Below are positions 29,031 through 41,700 of a DNA stretch of 64,000 nt, piece after piece. Within the stretch, counting starts at the first letter, position 1. Each line of letters begins with the position of its first letter. The translations under genes were made by a program, and so were the position numbers. Under the pieces are notes generated by a model, which saw nothing but the letters and a program-made list of their open reading frames with translations, did no database searches and was not told where the DNA came from. Source of the stretch: Dicyema japonicum (taxonomy: Eukaryota > Animalia > Dicyemida); the NCBI GenBank assembly GCA_011109175.1, contig RDEW01000004.1:163976-227975 (forward strand). Direction: 5' to 3'.

Positions 29031-29959
29031 GAGATATTAAAAATAAAACTTATTTTTAATAAATAAAATTTTGTTACCCTTATTAAATAATTATTATAAA
29101 TACTTTATCAATAGAATTCAATAATAATATTAGATTTTTTTGTTCTTTTGTAGTAAACTATTATCATCTAGGCAGTAGGTCTATTGGATTGCCAATATTG
29201 GATTGCCACCCACTGCGTGTCGCTTTCCTGTAAGTTCGGTTTTATTCGGACTGTCCTTCGGCATATTTTTCTGTTGGACTTCTGGCTGAACGTCTGATGA
29301 CATCGGATCCTATGGTCGTGGTTTCAAATCCTAAAGATGGAGTTTTCAGCTTAGGTCAATTCTTGTCACAGATCATACCTGTGAGACGACGACTCCTTTT
29401 GGCAAGACACAGTAGTTGAAAGGGATATTCCTACTTTTCCCTAACCACATCTTCTGATGAAGATTATACATATTGAAAACTATTCCGCTGAAGAATGAAT
29501 TGATGTCCACGACGGCAGGACTAGGACGTGGGACAAAAATGGAAGAAGGCGGACCTACATCTCTACCTCTTTTCGGAAGCGGAAAGCCTGTAATTAAGTA
29601 TTGGAAGATGAATTTGGTCGGCACAAACAGATGTTCTCCCTTTGGTTCCTTCCTTGGATTAATAATAATTAGTAGTAAAACTAATAAATGACTGAAATAT
29701 GTAAATTTTAACTATTCTAGGCGTAATCTGAATTGGTTCTTGCTTGTGCTTTTTGTTAGTGAATTTGAGTATTTGTAAAGTTGGTGGTTATGTTTGAGTG
29801 ATTGTTGGAGATACGTATTTCGAAGTGATCATGAGATGGCAGAATCTTTTTTATGTTAGTTAGTTACTTATATATTGCGGGCTTCACTAACTTGGAGACA
29901 GAAAATACCGGTCTCTCCCATAGATAGTTCAGTTCCTGGAATTGTAGACGAACAGAGTA

Positions 29960-30801
29960 CTAATTCAGAAAATTAAAATTGTGGTTAGCTGTCAACCCGG
30001 AGAGGTTGTAAAATGAGCATATGACATCTTTTTCATTATTCAGTATTAGAATGAGACTAATTCGTGAATAAGGACCACAGGGGTATGTCACCTTTAAAAA
30101 ACAAAAATTTAACAGCATCTTCTGAATGATTGTGTTATCCACTTTGGTCCTCAAGACTAAACCCTCGATCCGTTCTACTACCACGCTCCTTACTAAGTTA
30201 ATCAGCGTTTCCTCTTCTTCTAGTGCTTCTTCACTTCTTGTATTGTCATCCTCCCCGTCTTCTAGAAAATTGGTTATTGTCTCTTTCTTAGGAAAAAAAT
30301 ACAATCCTCCACATCAGTTCTTCAATGATAAAGATAAATGTCTCTTCATATCGAGTTTTCGTAGACACAGAAATGCTTGATAAGGCTTTTTCTTCATTTT
30401 GGCACCTTCAACATAATCTCCTCTACATCCAAAACACACCCTCAAATAACGCAAATGATCAACATTGCTGATCCCACTCACTCACCTGTTGGAAAAACTT
30501 TCTAAAGTGTGAAATTCTCATGGCTTTCGATTTTTTTATCGAGAGACTAAGCCACGGGATTTACACCACCAGAGAATTTCTTCCAAAAAATTTTAGTTAG
30601 CTAATCTGATCTTTGGGAGCGAATACTATGCGCCCGCTCAAAAACCGCCATCATCCAATCAGACTTCCCAGAGGTCGTTGAACAGGTTGACAGAAAAATA
30701 ATTATGGTTCTTTTTAGTAACCAAATTGAAATTTTCTCACGTGAAACATTCCCACAACTCATGAACCTCTCTATTTTGCGAAACATTAATAATAATAACA
30801 C
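29960..30801 (-). CDS. Hypothetical gene with acidic stretch
   Basis: Open stretches with EDGEDDNTRSEEALEEEETL and micro-intron-like segments; no family recognised. Confidence 0.3.
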
Positions 30802-31948
30802 CAGAGACCACGGTTACACAAGCTAACTAATCACGTGATCCCAGCACGCTCCAGCAGAGACCTCATCTTGGCCCGATGCTCCTCCCTCGACCCCACACAA
30901 GCACGTATCGATCGAGTGACTGGACATTCGCAGTCACGACGGCGTGTTCCATGGTCCATTCGTATCAAAGTTTCAAGAGGCATTGGGGGCTGGAACTCTC
31001 AAGAAATCGAGCGTTCCGTGATTTTAGAGGCTCTTTTCCGGCTAGCCTCGATCTTCAAGACATTCGTCCAAAAATGAATGGGCCCATATACCACATGCAT
31101 AAGAGAAGCATGGTTCAATGAAGGCATTTCAGAACATTAGTTTTCTTTTCGCATTTCGTAATTACGTTTTCAACATGGGGAGAGAATGACATAAGTCACC
31201 CCAAGGATCCTTTGGGATTTTCTGAAAGGAATAGCTTCGTTGTTTGCTTTCAGTTCGACCGTCCGTCTTCCCAGTCTCTTGTCTGAATTAATCGTAAGTT
31301 TAATTACCTTAAAAACCTAGAAATAATTTTTTTTATTAATTTTATATTTATTAACATCTAAGTATTTTATTAAGGCTTAATTTTTCAATCTGACCGGATT
31401 TTTTACATTTAGATCTCTACATGTTTTTGACAAATATGTAGTCCACCATCGAAAGCGTTTGTGTACTATGCGTGTGTATATCTCTTTGATGTATTTAACA
31501 TTTTTCTCATCACGAGGAATTTGTAAGCTTAAAATTACTGATCTTTTCATATTTGAAAAAAGTTTACCAGGAAAATTCAATATTGATTGGAACTAATTTA
31601 TACAACCTGTTTCACATATAAGCGAGGTTGTTGAGCAAGATTATCTAACATAAAAAGCCCTTTCAAGTCAACAATATTTTCTCGCAAATTGGTAAAATGG
31701 CTGTCTCCTTTCCTTCATGGCAAGTGAAAATTTAGTCATACTTTGAAAAAATATTATTTAAAATAAAATTAAATGTTAAGAAACACTAAAATCCATAAAT
31801 CTGCATATATTATTTGAAAATTATAGTAATTAACGAAAAAGGTCATTCAACTCCCTCAATATAGAACTGAGAGATCTCTTGAATTCGGAATCCACGATCG
31901 TGTCAATCTTAGAAGATAAACGACCAGTTATGGCTCTCCCATTTTCCT

Positions 31949-32705
31949 TCAACTCCAGAACCTCCTCTCTAGATTGGTAGGTTCCCAAAAATATTGATTA
32001 TTTTGTAAGTAAAATAACTCTTGCTGAAATAGACAAGCAGCAATGAAGAGATTGAGTTGGGGTCCGATGTTTTGGGGGATCAAGGACTGTTGTAGCTGCT
32101 CAAAACAGTGATTACTCAAAGGGGAGTGCTCATTCAGATTAGATTGAACCGTTTGGCTGTCTTCAGGTTCTTTGATTTTGGTATTTGATTTTTTTTCAAG
32201 AATATCGAGATTCACTTTAAGGGATTCGAAGGTTGTGATGACCCGTTCGTTTATAATGGGAGCCAAGACCTAAGGTTATCGACAAAACCATACAATTTCA
32301 TTTTTTTCATTTTCATTAATATTCTGCAGCCTAAATCTCCTATTACTATCCATGTTGAAGCAGTCTCTCAGATGATGGTGAGACTTGATGTGCAACTTCA
32401 GCGTACTTCCCTGACTGGTACGATGCCCACATTCTCCACAAAAGTAAGGTCTCTCTCCTAAAGTTAATTAATATTTCAAATTTCGTAGTAAATTGCATTA
32501 AAAGCCCAAATGGAGTGATCCACCAAGAGATCGAGTCATACCTGTGTGAATTCTCATGTGGACGTAGAGATTGCTGTAATGGGAAGACTTGTATTTGCAC
32601 AACACGCAGATAAAAGATTTCTTTTGCTTTTTCATAACTCCATTTACCTTCGACTATCAACCAAGATTACCTTCCCCTCTTTAAACTGGAGACCGAACCA
32701 TCCAT
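31949..32705 (-). CDS. C2H2 zinc-finger protein (two fingers, TGERPY linker)
   Basis: FICVLCKYKSSHYSNLYVHMRIHTG|ERPYFCGECGHRTSQGSTLKLHIKSHH after removing an 84-nt intron; Q-rich C-terminus. Start uncertain. Confidence 0.82.
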
Positions 32706-33304
32706 AAAATGTATATTATTTTACATGTATAACGATATAATATACTTTATACACGAATTACGTCACACTTCAATTTAATTCTAATAAATTAATTATCTAC
32801 CTTATTCTTACGGGGTATGGGAGAATTTAGTACTTAGGGGGTAAGAATATTTTTGTTTTTGACTATCGATCCCCGCCAAAGTGATTGATGTAACGTTGGA
32901 TCTTATGGTGACCACGGAGATCAACTGAAGGAGTCAATGGGTTTGACCATGGGTTCTGAGTGTAGCCAGACGGGAGGCTCATAGACGCTTCTCTCGAGAA
33001 AGTCAGTGACTTTATGCGTATACTTCCAGTCGTCTCGATATCAATGAGAATATTTATAAATAAAAACAGTTGTGGAGGAGTAATATAGCCACGTGACTAT
33101 GACGGTAAATTATGTTATCTGATAAACGTGAGGGAGTAACACAGTCACGTGACTATGACGGTGATGAAATAAATATTTTAAAATTAATTAAAATTGATTT
33201 CACAACCAATGTGAAAATAATAATTGTCTAAGTTTATAAAGTTTGCTTAATAATAGCCTTTTCACGAGAGCCATAGTATTTATAGCTCCGCATAGGCAGG
33301 ACAC

Positions 33305-33565
33305 TTTATTTAAGTAAAGAACAGTTAATTTTAACTAATCGTAGAACCAAGGAATGATCTTCACTTCTTTTTTTCTTTTTCTTGTGTGTAGGTCATTTCT
33401 AGACAATCCAGTTCCGCAGTGAATGTCCACTGATGACGGCGTCACTCGTCAAGCCCTTTTAGCATCGTACATGCGTGGAACCTTCCACCAGGTGAACAGC
33501 AGCGAAAATCGAGCCCATGACCTAAGCCACTTTGCTGGACACCTAACCACTATGCCACCCGGCTT
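33305..33565 (-). mobile_element. tRNA-headed SINE, best-preserved copy
   Basis: Minus strand: GGTGGCATAGTGGTTAG (box A), GGGCTCGATTTTC (box B), structured core, A-rich stretch and TAACTGTTCTTTACTTAAATAAA tail. Confidence 0.8.
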
Positions 33566-33807
33566 AATTTATAGTTTGCTTACGTCATCGAATAATGAAG
33601 TTTATTAATAAAATTACTTGTGAATTATGTACAGATTACTTAAATCACTCAAAAGTGGTCCCCGCCAACATGATCGACGTTGCGTTGCTTCCACGATTGA
33701 AACGGAGATCAACTGGAAAAGTCACTGAGTCTTAATGCATCGTGACTTTTTAGTGTAAGGTGATGCTAATTAATCCAGGGCATATCCAAGACACTGAAGG
33801 TGTTATT

Positions 33808-33976
33808 GACTTCTTGTTTTTTCTTTTTGTTTGCGTGTGAGTTCCAGAAGACAATACGGTGCCGCAGTGTTGAAACTCGTCAACCCAAAGCATCGTAGAT
33901 GCGTTTAACTTTAACCTCAGCGAGATTCGAACAGGGTACCTCATGATTTTAGTCCACAGCTCGTTACACTGAGCCA
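33808..33976 (-). mobile_element. tRNA-headed SINE copy (degenerate)
   Basis: Minus strand TGGCTCAGTG box A, GTTCGAATC box B, and CACTGCGGCACCGTATTGTC core. Confidence 0.65.
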
Positions 33977-34639
33977 TATTACATGTTTACAAAAAATTTT
34001 TGAAACATCTTGGATTTTTAAATTTCCCAATAAGGGGTCGAGGGAAATCAGCATACTTGAGGGGTTACTGTCCACATTTTTAATATAAATTGGAAAAAAT
34101 TAACACTTTTCCACCAATCTCTGTTTAGCTTAGTCTCGACTGAGAATCCATAACGAAGGAGATTTTTGGTCATCTGAGTTCTTCGAGAAGAGGAAATTTA
34201 TTTAACGTTGAATGTCGCAAGTACGATTTCTCCAGGGTGTGTTTTGGATATTCGTGCATTTGAGGGACATCAGCACTTCAGCCGTTCCTGTTAAGATAAT
34301 GTGGAATCATACTTCCTCTGCTCAGGGGATTTTAGAGGGAAGTCACAACAACTTTGCCATGAATGATAAAAATGATCTAAAACATGTTAAAATGGAATTG
34401 GAAAACGCAGATAATCTAGACAGATTCCAAAAAATCGCAATCTCGAGAAGAGCGTGGAAGAGTTTAATTGATAGATTCTAAATGATGCCTTAATCTCTAC
34501 CAAGGCCGCATTTTTTGCAATTATAACTGCAAAACTCTGATGGATTTTTTGGATAAATTCATAGAGACACTGATGTGGAATGCTCAACTTACACGGAGAA
34601 GTGCAAACAGATAAATCTGTCGACATTAACTCCTTTCTT

Positions 34640-35380
34640 GCAGACTATAAAGAAATTTTAAATGCATATAATGAAAAAACGAATTTTACTATTAATTGAC
34701 CACTCTCCTCCACATTGTTTCCCCCGAGGAACTTGGAGTATATAAAAATTAAAAATAGTACGGGTTTGCTTCAACCCTGGATATTGGCATTATAAAATCT
34801 TTGAGTAATTTTATCAGACGCAAGTTACTTTATTTGACAGACTTATTAGAAACTCATATTTGGTCTACAAGAAAGTAACCTTAAAGGAGTCTTTGTAATA
34901 ATGGTTTGTGAAGACTATCGACAAGACAATTAGGAATTGTAATAACACGAAAATCAGGAATTGATGTTAATAAAACGGCAATCGGGGGAACATTCTCGAT
35001 CTTTTGAAAGTTGAAGATTTATAGAATATTGTACTCTGAAACAATTATTGAAAATAGTTAATAAGAATCGGAAAACATAAGACTGTATACTATTTTAGTT
35101 AAATTAACTGCAATAGAGGGAACTTTTGTATAATGCTGAGAATGAAGTTTTTATAATTTCGTAAATAAGAAAGTACATACCAAGTCGTAATAAGAAAGTA
35201 CAAACCAATTGAAGAAAAGAAATAACAGTTGGGAACTAAATTTTAATTTAATGAAAATTAATATGTTTTTTGTTCATTTAAGGCATTTTTCCAAAAAAAT
35301 CTTTGTTCATTGTTCTTCAAAATTATTGATCTATTTTTTCAATTGGCAACAGAATTCTAAGGAACCAATAACGGCCTATT
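34640..35380 (+). mobile_element. pogo/Tigger transposase C-terminal fossil and 3' subterminal region
   Basis: LLLIDHSPPH and STGLLQP-DIGIIKSL (DDE_1-type). The 3' region aligns with 61130-61398 and the reverse complement of 37352-37640. Confidence 0.65.
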
Positions 35381-35702
35381 ATTATTGAAGAAAAGAGAAA
35401 GACAGCAGAGAATAAGAACAATTGGTGTTGCCTCTCACGATAGCAATAGAGATCAACTTGAAGATTAAGAAGACAGCAGAGAGTATTCTTAATGAGATGA
35501 AGTGGGAGTTGTCGAACGATGAGAAAGGCTGAGTTATCCCTACCAACATAAATATGGGTTGGACACACTAGGAGATATGGAAATGATCGACGAAGGAGGT
35601 GCTGTTTGTAAAAATAAACTTTAGTTTTTTGTAGAAATTAACTTTTAGATTAGTTTAATTATAAATTAAATTAAATTTATAGCGCCAAAAAATTTTTGTT
35701 CG

Positions 35703-36996
35703 ATGTCGCAGGTGTAATTTAATTATATTCTAGCCAAAAGTGGAAGACTTCGAAAAACTAAGACTAATAAAAAAGGGGGCGTTTGGTTCTGTCTATCTCG
35801 TCAAACGAAAGAACCGTTCCAACAGACTCTTCGCCATGAAAGTTATCGACAAACAATTTATGCGAAACAAAAACATGTCTGGCCAGGTCACATGCGAACG
35901 GAATGCACTTGCAATCAGTAAATGTCCCTTTGTCGTCTTTCTCTATTACTCCCTACACGATGACAACAACGTCTTCCTGGTATAATTCACAGTTTAGTTT
36001 TGATCATGGAATATCTTCTTGGTGGAGACCTTCGCTCACTTCTTGACACGTGCGTTGTGTTTGACCAGAAAATGACTGTCAGTTACGTTGCAGAGATCTT
36101 TCTTGCCTTGGAGTACCTCCACCGCCACGGAATCATTCACAGGTTCTTAGTTGGTCTCCTATAGCAGGGATCTGAAGCCAGAAAATATTCTGATCGCTTC
36201 CAACGGTCACCTAAAACTTACGGATTTCGGACTCTCAAAAGTTCAGCTTGGAAGAGGGGAGATTATTCTTCTAATTATCAGAAATCGTAGAGTCTGACCT
36301 CTTTATGACCCAACTACTGGAAGTGAAGGTCGCAGAGGGATTATCGACCGCACTCCCGGTCAAATCATTTCCCTCACCTCCAGTCTAGAGCCGGTAGTCG
36401 TTAATTCCTAGTTAGAAGACTGTAACTGGGAGAAATGAACCTCGTCTTTCGGCATTTGCGAGTTCCCCGTACTCCAAGAAATGTTCGATTATCGTTGAGT
36501 CACCAACCTCAAATCAGGTTTTGGGGACCTGACTACTTAGCACCAGAATGCTGACGAATGGAAGTCATGGTTCTCGATGTTGAATTATAGAGTAGGGCCT
36601 GAAGTGATTGGTGTCCCTTGGTGTATGCACGTTTAGTTTCTGACTCTCTTTCGGTGGGGATTCTGTTGCCAGTGTGTTTCAGCACGTGCTTAAGAATGGT
36701 TGTGGAAGGTCTTAATTTGGCAGAAAGAATTGAGATCGAGGAAGGATTGATTTCTGAGATGGCTGAGGACTTTATAGATGGGGCTGCTGTGTTATAATGT
36801 TGAGGAGAGGGAACGGATTGCTTTGAGTAGTAATTAATGTAACGTAGATCTGAGGAAAACATGTATTTTTGAGGGGAATAGAATGGGGATAGTGTTGATA
36901 GTATTGACTCCCCATATATTCCAAGAGAGAGGATGGGATTGTTTCTCATGACTGTTTCGTAAGGGTACCCCCTTTGCTTGGATTTTTGAAGAAATG
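35703..36996 (+). CDS. MASTL: Greatwall/MASTL-like AGC kinase; 3' half broken by multiple 1-nt deletions
   Basis: [68 protein letters not shown](P)DYLAPE, DW(W)SLGVC. End approximate. Confidence 0.85.
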
Positions 36997-37351
36997 ATTT
37001 TTTTATTTTTATTTAATTTTTATTTCTTTTTATCAATATTTGACGGTATTTTGGAAAGTGGTGATGTGCATTATAGAATTGTCCCACTTGACTCAAATGA
37101 GTTATTCATGCGATCATTGTTCATCAATTTCATTGAATTTAGTTTTGGAATTATTGTGTATTTATGTTTTATATCAGTCCTATTCAAAGGTCGGATCTTT
37201 ATTTAAGGTCTTTTATAGCTCTTGGAGAACTCGTCTGGAAGAAAAAATCATGGAAAATTGAGACGCAGATACTGACGGGTTTTTCAGGTATATAACGAAG
37301 AATTTTTCGAAAAGCCTAACACTAAAACATAATCCAGCGTTTAATTAAATA

Positions 37352-37653
37352 CAGTCGACCCTCGCAATTGGCCATTTTGGTTCCTTTAAAATTTTGTGGC
37401 CAATTTGAAAAATGGTCAATAATTTCTAAGAACTGATAAACAAATACTTTAAAAATGCCTTAAATGAACAAAAATAACGTATTTATGTTTTATTAAAATA
37501 AAATGTAATTCTTATCTGTTTTTTCTTTTTCGATAAATATTAAAGAAATTAGAAACTTCATGTTCATTCTCTACATTGGCTAAGAGTCCCTCTCTATTTC
37601 AGTTAATCTAACTGCAATGTCTATTTTGCCTTTTTCGATTGTGTTCACTATTT
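37352..37653 (-). mobile_element. Tigger-family terminal fragment, split by the RTE insertion (continues at ~40698-40760)
   Basis: TA|CAGTCGACCCTCGCAATTGGCC terminus and co-linear match to the reverse complement of 61080-61398 on both sides of the RTE. Confidence 0.75.
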
Positions 37654-40600
37654 TTTGTGAGGTGGTGACGTGCCTCGTTTCTTCTCTGTGCAACGGTTAA
37701 GAAAAATGTCTGAAAAACACTCATCATACAATCGAGAACTCAGGCTAATGACGTTCAACGTACGTGGAATATCGAAAGATTGGACAAGGAAAGTACTTTG
37801 TGACGATCTCGAGAAATACAAAATATCTATTGGCTGCCTACAAGAGACGAAAATCGAAAATGGACGCGATGAGACATGGAACAATTACCGACTGATTCTC
37901 TTCCCAACTGAATGCAAGCACTACGGCATGGGATTTGCCCTACACGTGGATTACCTCAAAAAATTACATCGCTATTGGAGAGTCAACGACCGAATATGTG
38001 TCCTACAAGTCAAACTAAATGAACTATGCCCGTCCAAGAGTCTACTAACCGTCATAAATGTCTATGCACCACACTGTGGACGAGTAATCAAGAACCCCGT
38101 GAACTCGAGGAATTCTACTCAGAACTATCAAGCACATACTCTAACAATGCTTCCTCGTCTCTTGTCTTTGTTGCGGGAGATATGAATGCAAAGGCCGGAA
38201 TGCGAATGGGGCCCGAAGAATCCTCTATTGGAAGACACGGGCGCGGAAGGAGAAATGCATCTGGAGCCTCTCTGGTAAACTTCTGCGAGGCAAATAGCCT
38301 TTTCCTGTGCAACACGGCCTTTACGCACTCAGCTTGCCACAAGACGACGTGGCACGGACAAAGAAAAAACTCTGTCGGAGAGACCGTGAATATATATAAT
38401 CAAATCGACTACATTATCTGCCGAAAGTCTGATAAACACCTGATAAATGATGCACGTTCCTACCAGGGAACAACAACCGACAGCGACCACAGGATCGTCA
38501 TTGCAAAACTTTGTGTAAAAAAGCACCTGACTGGGAAAAAATACATTGAAAACGCGAAGAAGGCGAGACAAAGACCCAATATATACTTTCAGACAGAAAA
38601 ATTGTGGTTAGAGCCAACTTGTAGAGCTAAATATCACGAACAAATCGAGACTCTTATGGTGAAAACCGCACCGGAATCATCAGTACGAACTCTGTGGGAT
38701 CAAACAAAACAGGCAATCTCCAAGTCGGCCAAAATATGCCTTGGAGTCCGAAATCATCACGCCCTAAAATTGGATCACCACCCGAACGTGCCAAATATGG
38801 CAAAGCATTGCAGAGAGCTACGACTAAAAGCGGCAAACACGTCAGACGAGAGTAAAAAAAAGAGCTTAATATCCAACAAAGGGAACTAAAGTGGAAAATC
38901 AAAAAGATGAACAGAAAACATTCACGGGAAATTATTACATCCCTATTAAAAGATGTGGAATGCTAAAAGACAATTCAAGGATGTATGCGGCTTTGCGGCT
39001 GCTGCGGACAAAGAAAGGACAAAACATCCTTCACATCAAAGACAAAGATGGAAAATTCGTGGGTAACCCGAAAGAAAAAGCAGAATTGATTGCACGACAC
39101 TTCGAAACACTGTTGAATAAAGAAAATAATGACTTTCCCCCTTTCCAAGGAAAGCAAAGGCGCTAAAAATCCCAATCACAGTGGAAGAGGTGGAATTAGC
39201 GATAAATAAACTGAAGAACAACAAGAGTGCTGGGCCGGACAACATAAGCCCTGAGCTCCTAAAATATGGGCCAAAAAAACTTAGCGACACAATTGCAAAA
39301 ACCCTAAATGCCGTCTTTGAAACTAATACCGATCTAGGACTTGGAAATGGATTATTAATACCCATACAAAAACCGAACAAATCAAAAGGACCAGTAGAAA
39401 ATCTCCGCCCGATAATACTTCTGAATTCGATACGCAAGGTGCTGGCAAACATTGCACTAAGCCGGATAAAGGGTATGGCGAATCTATACCTACCAGCAAG
39501 TCAAAGTGGGTTCCGAGAAGGGAGGTCTACGGCAGACATTGTATGGAGCCACAGATGGCGCTGCGCAACGCACCAAAGATTCAAGAGCGCAACAACCGTG
39601 TTGGGAATAGATCTCTCCAGAGCTTTCGACTCAATAAACAGACAGAAACTGATGAATGTGCTTGAGCAAATATTGGATGAATCGTCGGTTAGGATAATCA
39701 GACTACTACTTGCGAACACAAGACTATCTGTGAGGACAGAAGGAGCAACTTCCCGCAGTTTCAAAACAACGATTGGGACACCCCAGGGTGATTCCCTCTC
39801 CCCTTTACTATTCACCATATACCTTGAATCTGCACTCCGCGACCTCCGTAAATGCTATATAGGAGACATAGAAGAGACATCTTATGCGGATGATGTGGAT
39901 TTTGTATCACGGGATGTGACCGCACTCCAACACCTGCTAGAAAATGCACCTGCGGAGCTTGAGAAATGGTTTCTCAGCGTAAATGTTAACAAAACTGAAA
40001 TTACGGAAATCAAAAGAGAAGACGATATTACTCAAGAAAGATGGAGACGTACTAATAAGCTCGGCTCTCTACTAGGAGACGCTGAAGATGTACTGGAGGA
40101 AAACACTGGCAAATGCGGCAATGGCTAAACTGAAGAAAGGATGGCTAAGGGCCAAAGGACTTGGAATTGACATCAGATGCAGGCTTTACAACGCGTTTGT
40201 GAAACCGATCCTACTGTATAACGCTGGGACATGGGGAAGTTCCTTCAACGAACTATTGAAACTGGATTCGTTCCATAGAAGGCAACTAAGAAGCTTACTC
40301 GGAATGGAGTGGCCACGTAGAATATCAACCACTGGTATCTACAACAAAGTGTATGTGTTCTTACATCAGCAAGGATGTGATAGATGCCCGGTGGAGGCTA
40401 TTTGGGCATGTACTAAGAATGAACCCGGACGCACCGCTAACAAAGCGATGGAAGATTACTTTGACAGATGCGAAAAACCTTCCGCGGACGACCTAGATCG
40501 ACACTTCCGACAGCCCTAAACAAAGACTTAAATCGTGTGAGAAAAAATTTAAAGACGGAGACGACCTGGACGAATTGAGATCACTCGCATTCGACAGAGG

Positions 40601-40697
40601 AAGATGGAAAAGACTAACTATAAATATTGTTTCTTTGAGTGTTGCACATGCGGGGCTATAATCATTATGGCTTTCGTGAAAGTGCTTTAATAATAAA
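37654..40697 (+). mobile_element. Full-length RTE-like LINE (APE + RT)
   Basis: MTFNVRGI, LQETK, GDMNAK, QIDYII, SDHRIV; QSGFREGRST, DLSRAFDSI, GTPQGDSLSP, YADD. Short tattt TSD (37649-37653 and 40698-40702); few frameshifts. Confidence 0.95.
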
Positions 40698-41329
40698 TAT
40701 TTGCTGAATCTTCTAAAGGATTTTCATTAAATATTTCATGCTATGATTAAAAATTCGATTAAAACAAGCGAATTCGGGAGGTTTAACTGTATTTTAGTAC
40801 ACGAAAAGTTGAAGAATTGGATTACTTAATTGAAGTTGGAACTATCTCCCAGACAAGTAGATATGGAAAAGTTACACAAATACGAGCTCCTCGAAGGAAA
40901 CTCTTTATCCTGTATGACTTATCCCTTGGTTATGATGTGGGAAGGAATTGTCTCAAAATGCTTCAAGAATATTGTGGATAAATTATCCACACAAGAAATA
41001 GTGAATCAAGTCAAACGTACTTAAAGAAGCCCTCAAGAGTATGAGTATCGAATATGTGACTAAGATGCGATAGGATGAATTCTACTTCTTCACATATTTA
41101 AACTGGCATGCATTTGTTATGAAGGCACTACACGTGGATAGAAGGATGACTGAATTGTTTGAGAATAGAGGGAACAAAGATCAGTTTTTTATTGTCGCAT
41201 AGCACGAGAACCCGGGCCAATATTTGTGTTGTGCTGATAAGTCAAACTTATCTCTACAAATCGTTACCGGAGCCATAATAAACCTTCCCTAACCCATTCT
41301 CTATTTTTCTATTAACGAGAGTATCTTGT

Positions 41330-41700
41330 CTTTCTCCGTGGTTAGGTACCACGCCTCACAACCATATAGCAAGCTGGACAGGATTATCCTCAAGAATATA
41401 AATAAGCACGTTTTTTTCCGACACATAATTTTCGAATACATAAGAGTGCCTGTAGCGCTCCTTTTCTTCTTAGTTTAACGTCCTTAAGAAATGAGCCTTC
41501 ATGGACAATCGTAACTACCAGGCTTGGACATAAGTAAATATTCTCTGTGGGTTGACTTGTATGTCCATTTTTATGATATTATTCGCATAAATAAGTAGCT
41601 TTGAGTTCCTTTCCGGTTGTATTGGAAAATCCGACATAAAGATATTGAAAAGGATCGGACTCAAAACAGAGCCCTTTGGTACGTATTTGTAAATGAGATT
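41330..41700 (-). mobile_element. Degenerate LINE RT fragment
   Basis: NVPKGSVLSPILFNIFMSD..LLIYANN and LLYGCEAW on the minus strand. Confidence 0.7.

Noticed and set aside
30835-31300. GC-rich ORFs possibly from a REL-type retroelement
   Set aside because: Motif matches are too weak to support a call without a search.
33425-33460. CTGATGA hammerhead-like core in the antisense of the SINE (similarly CTGACGA at ~20107)
   Set aside because: No correctly placed GAAA and stem II/III arrangement.
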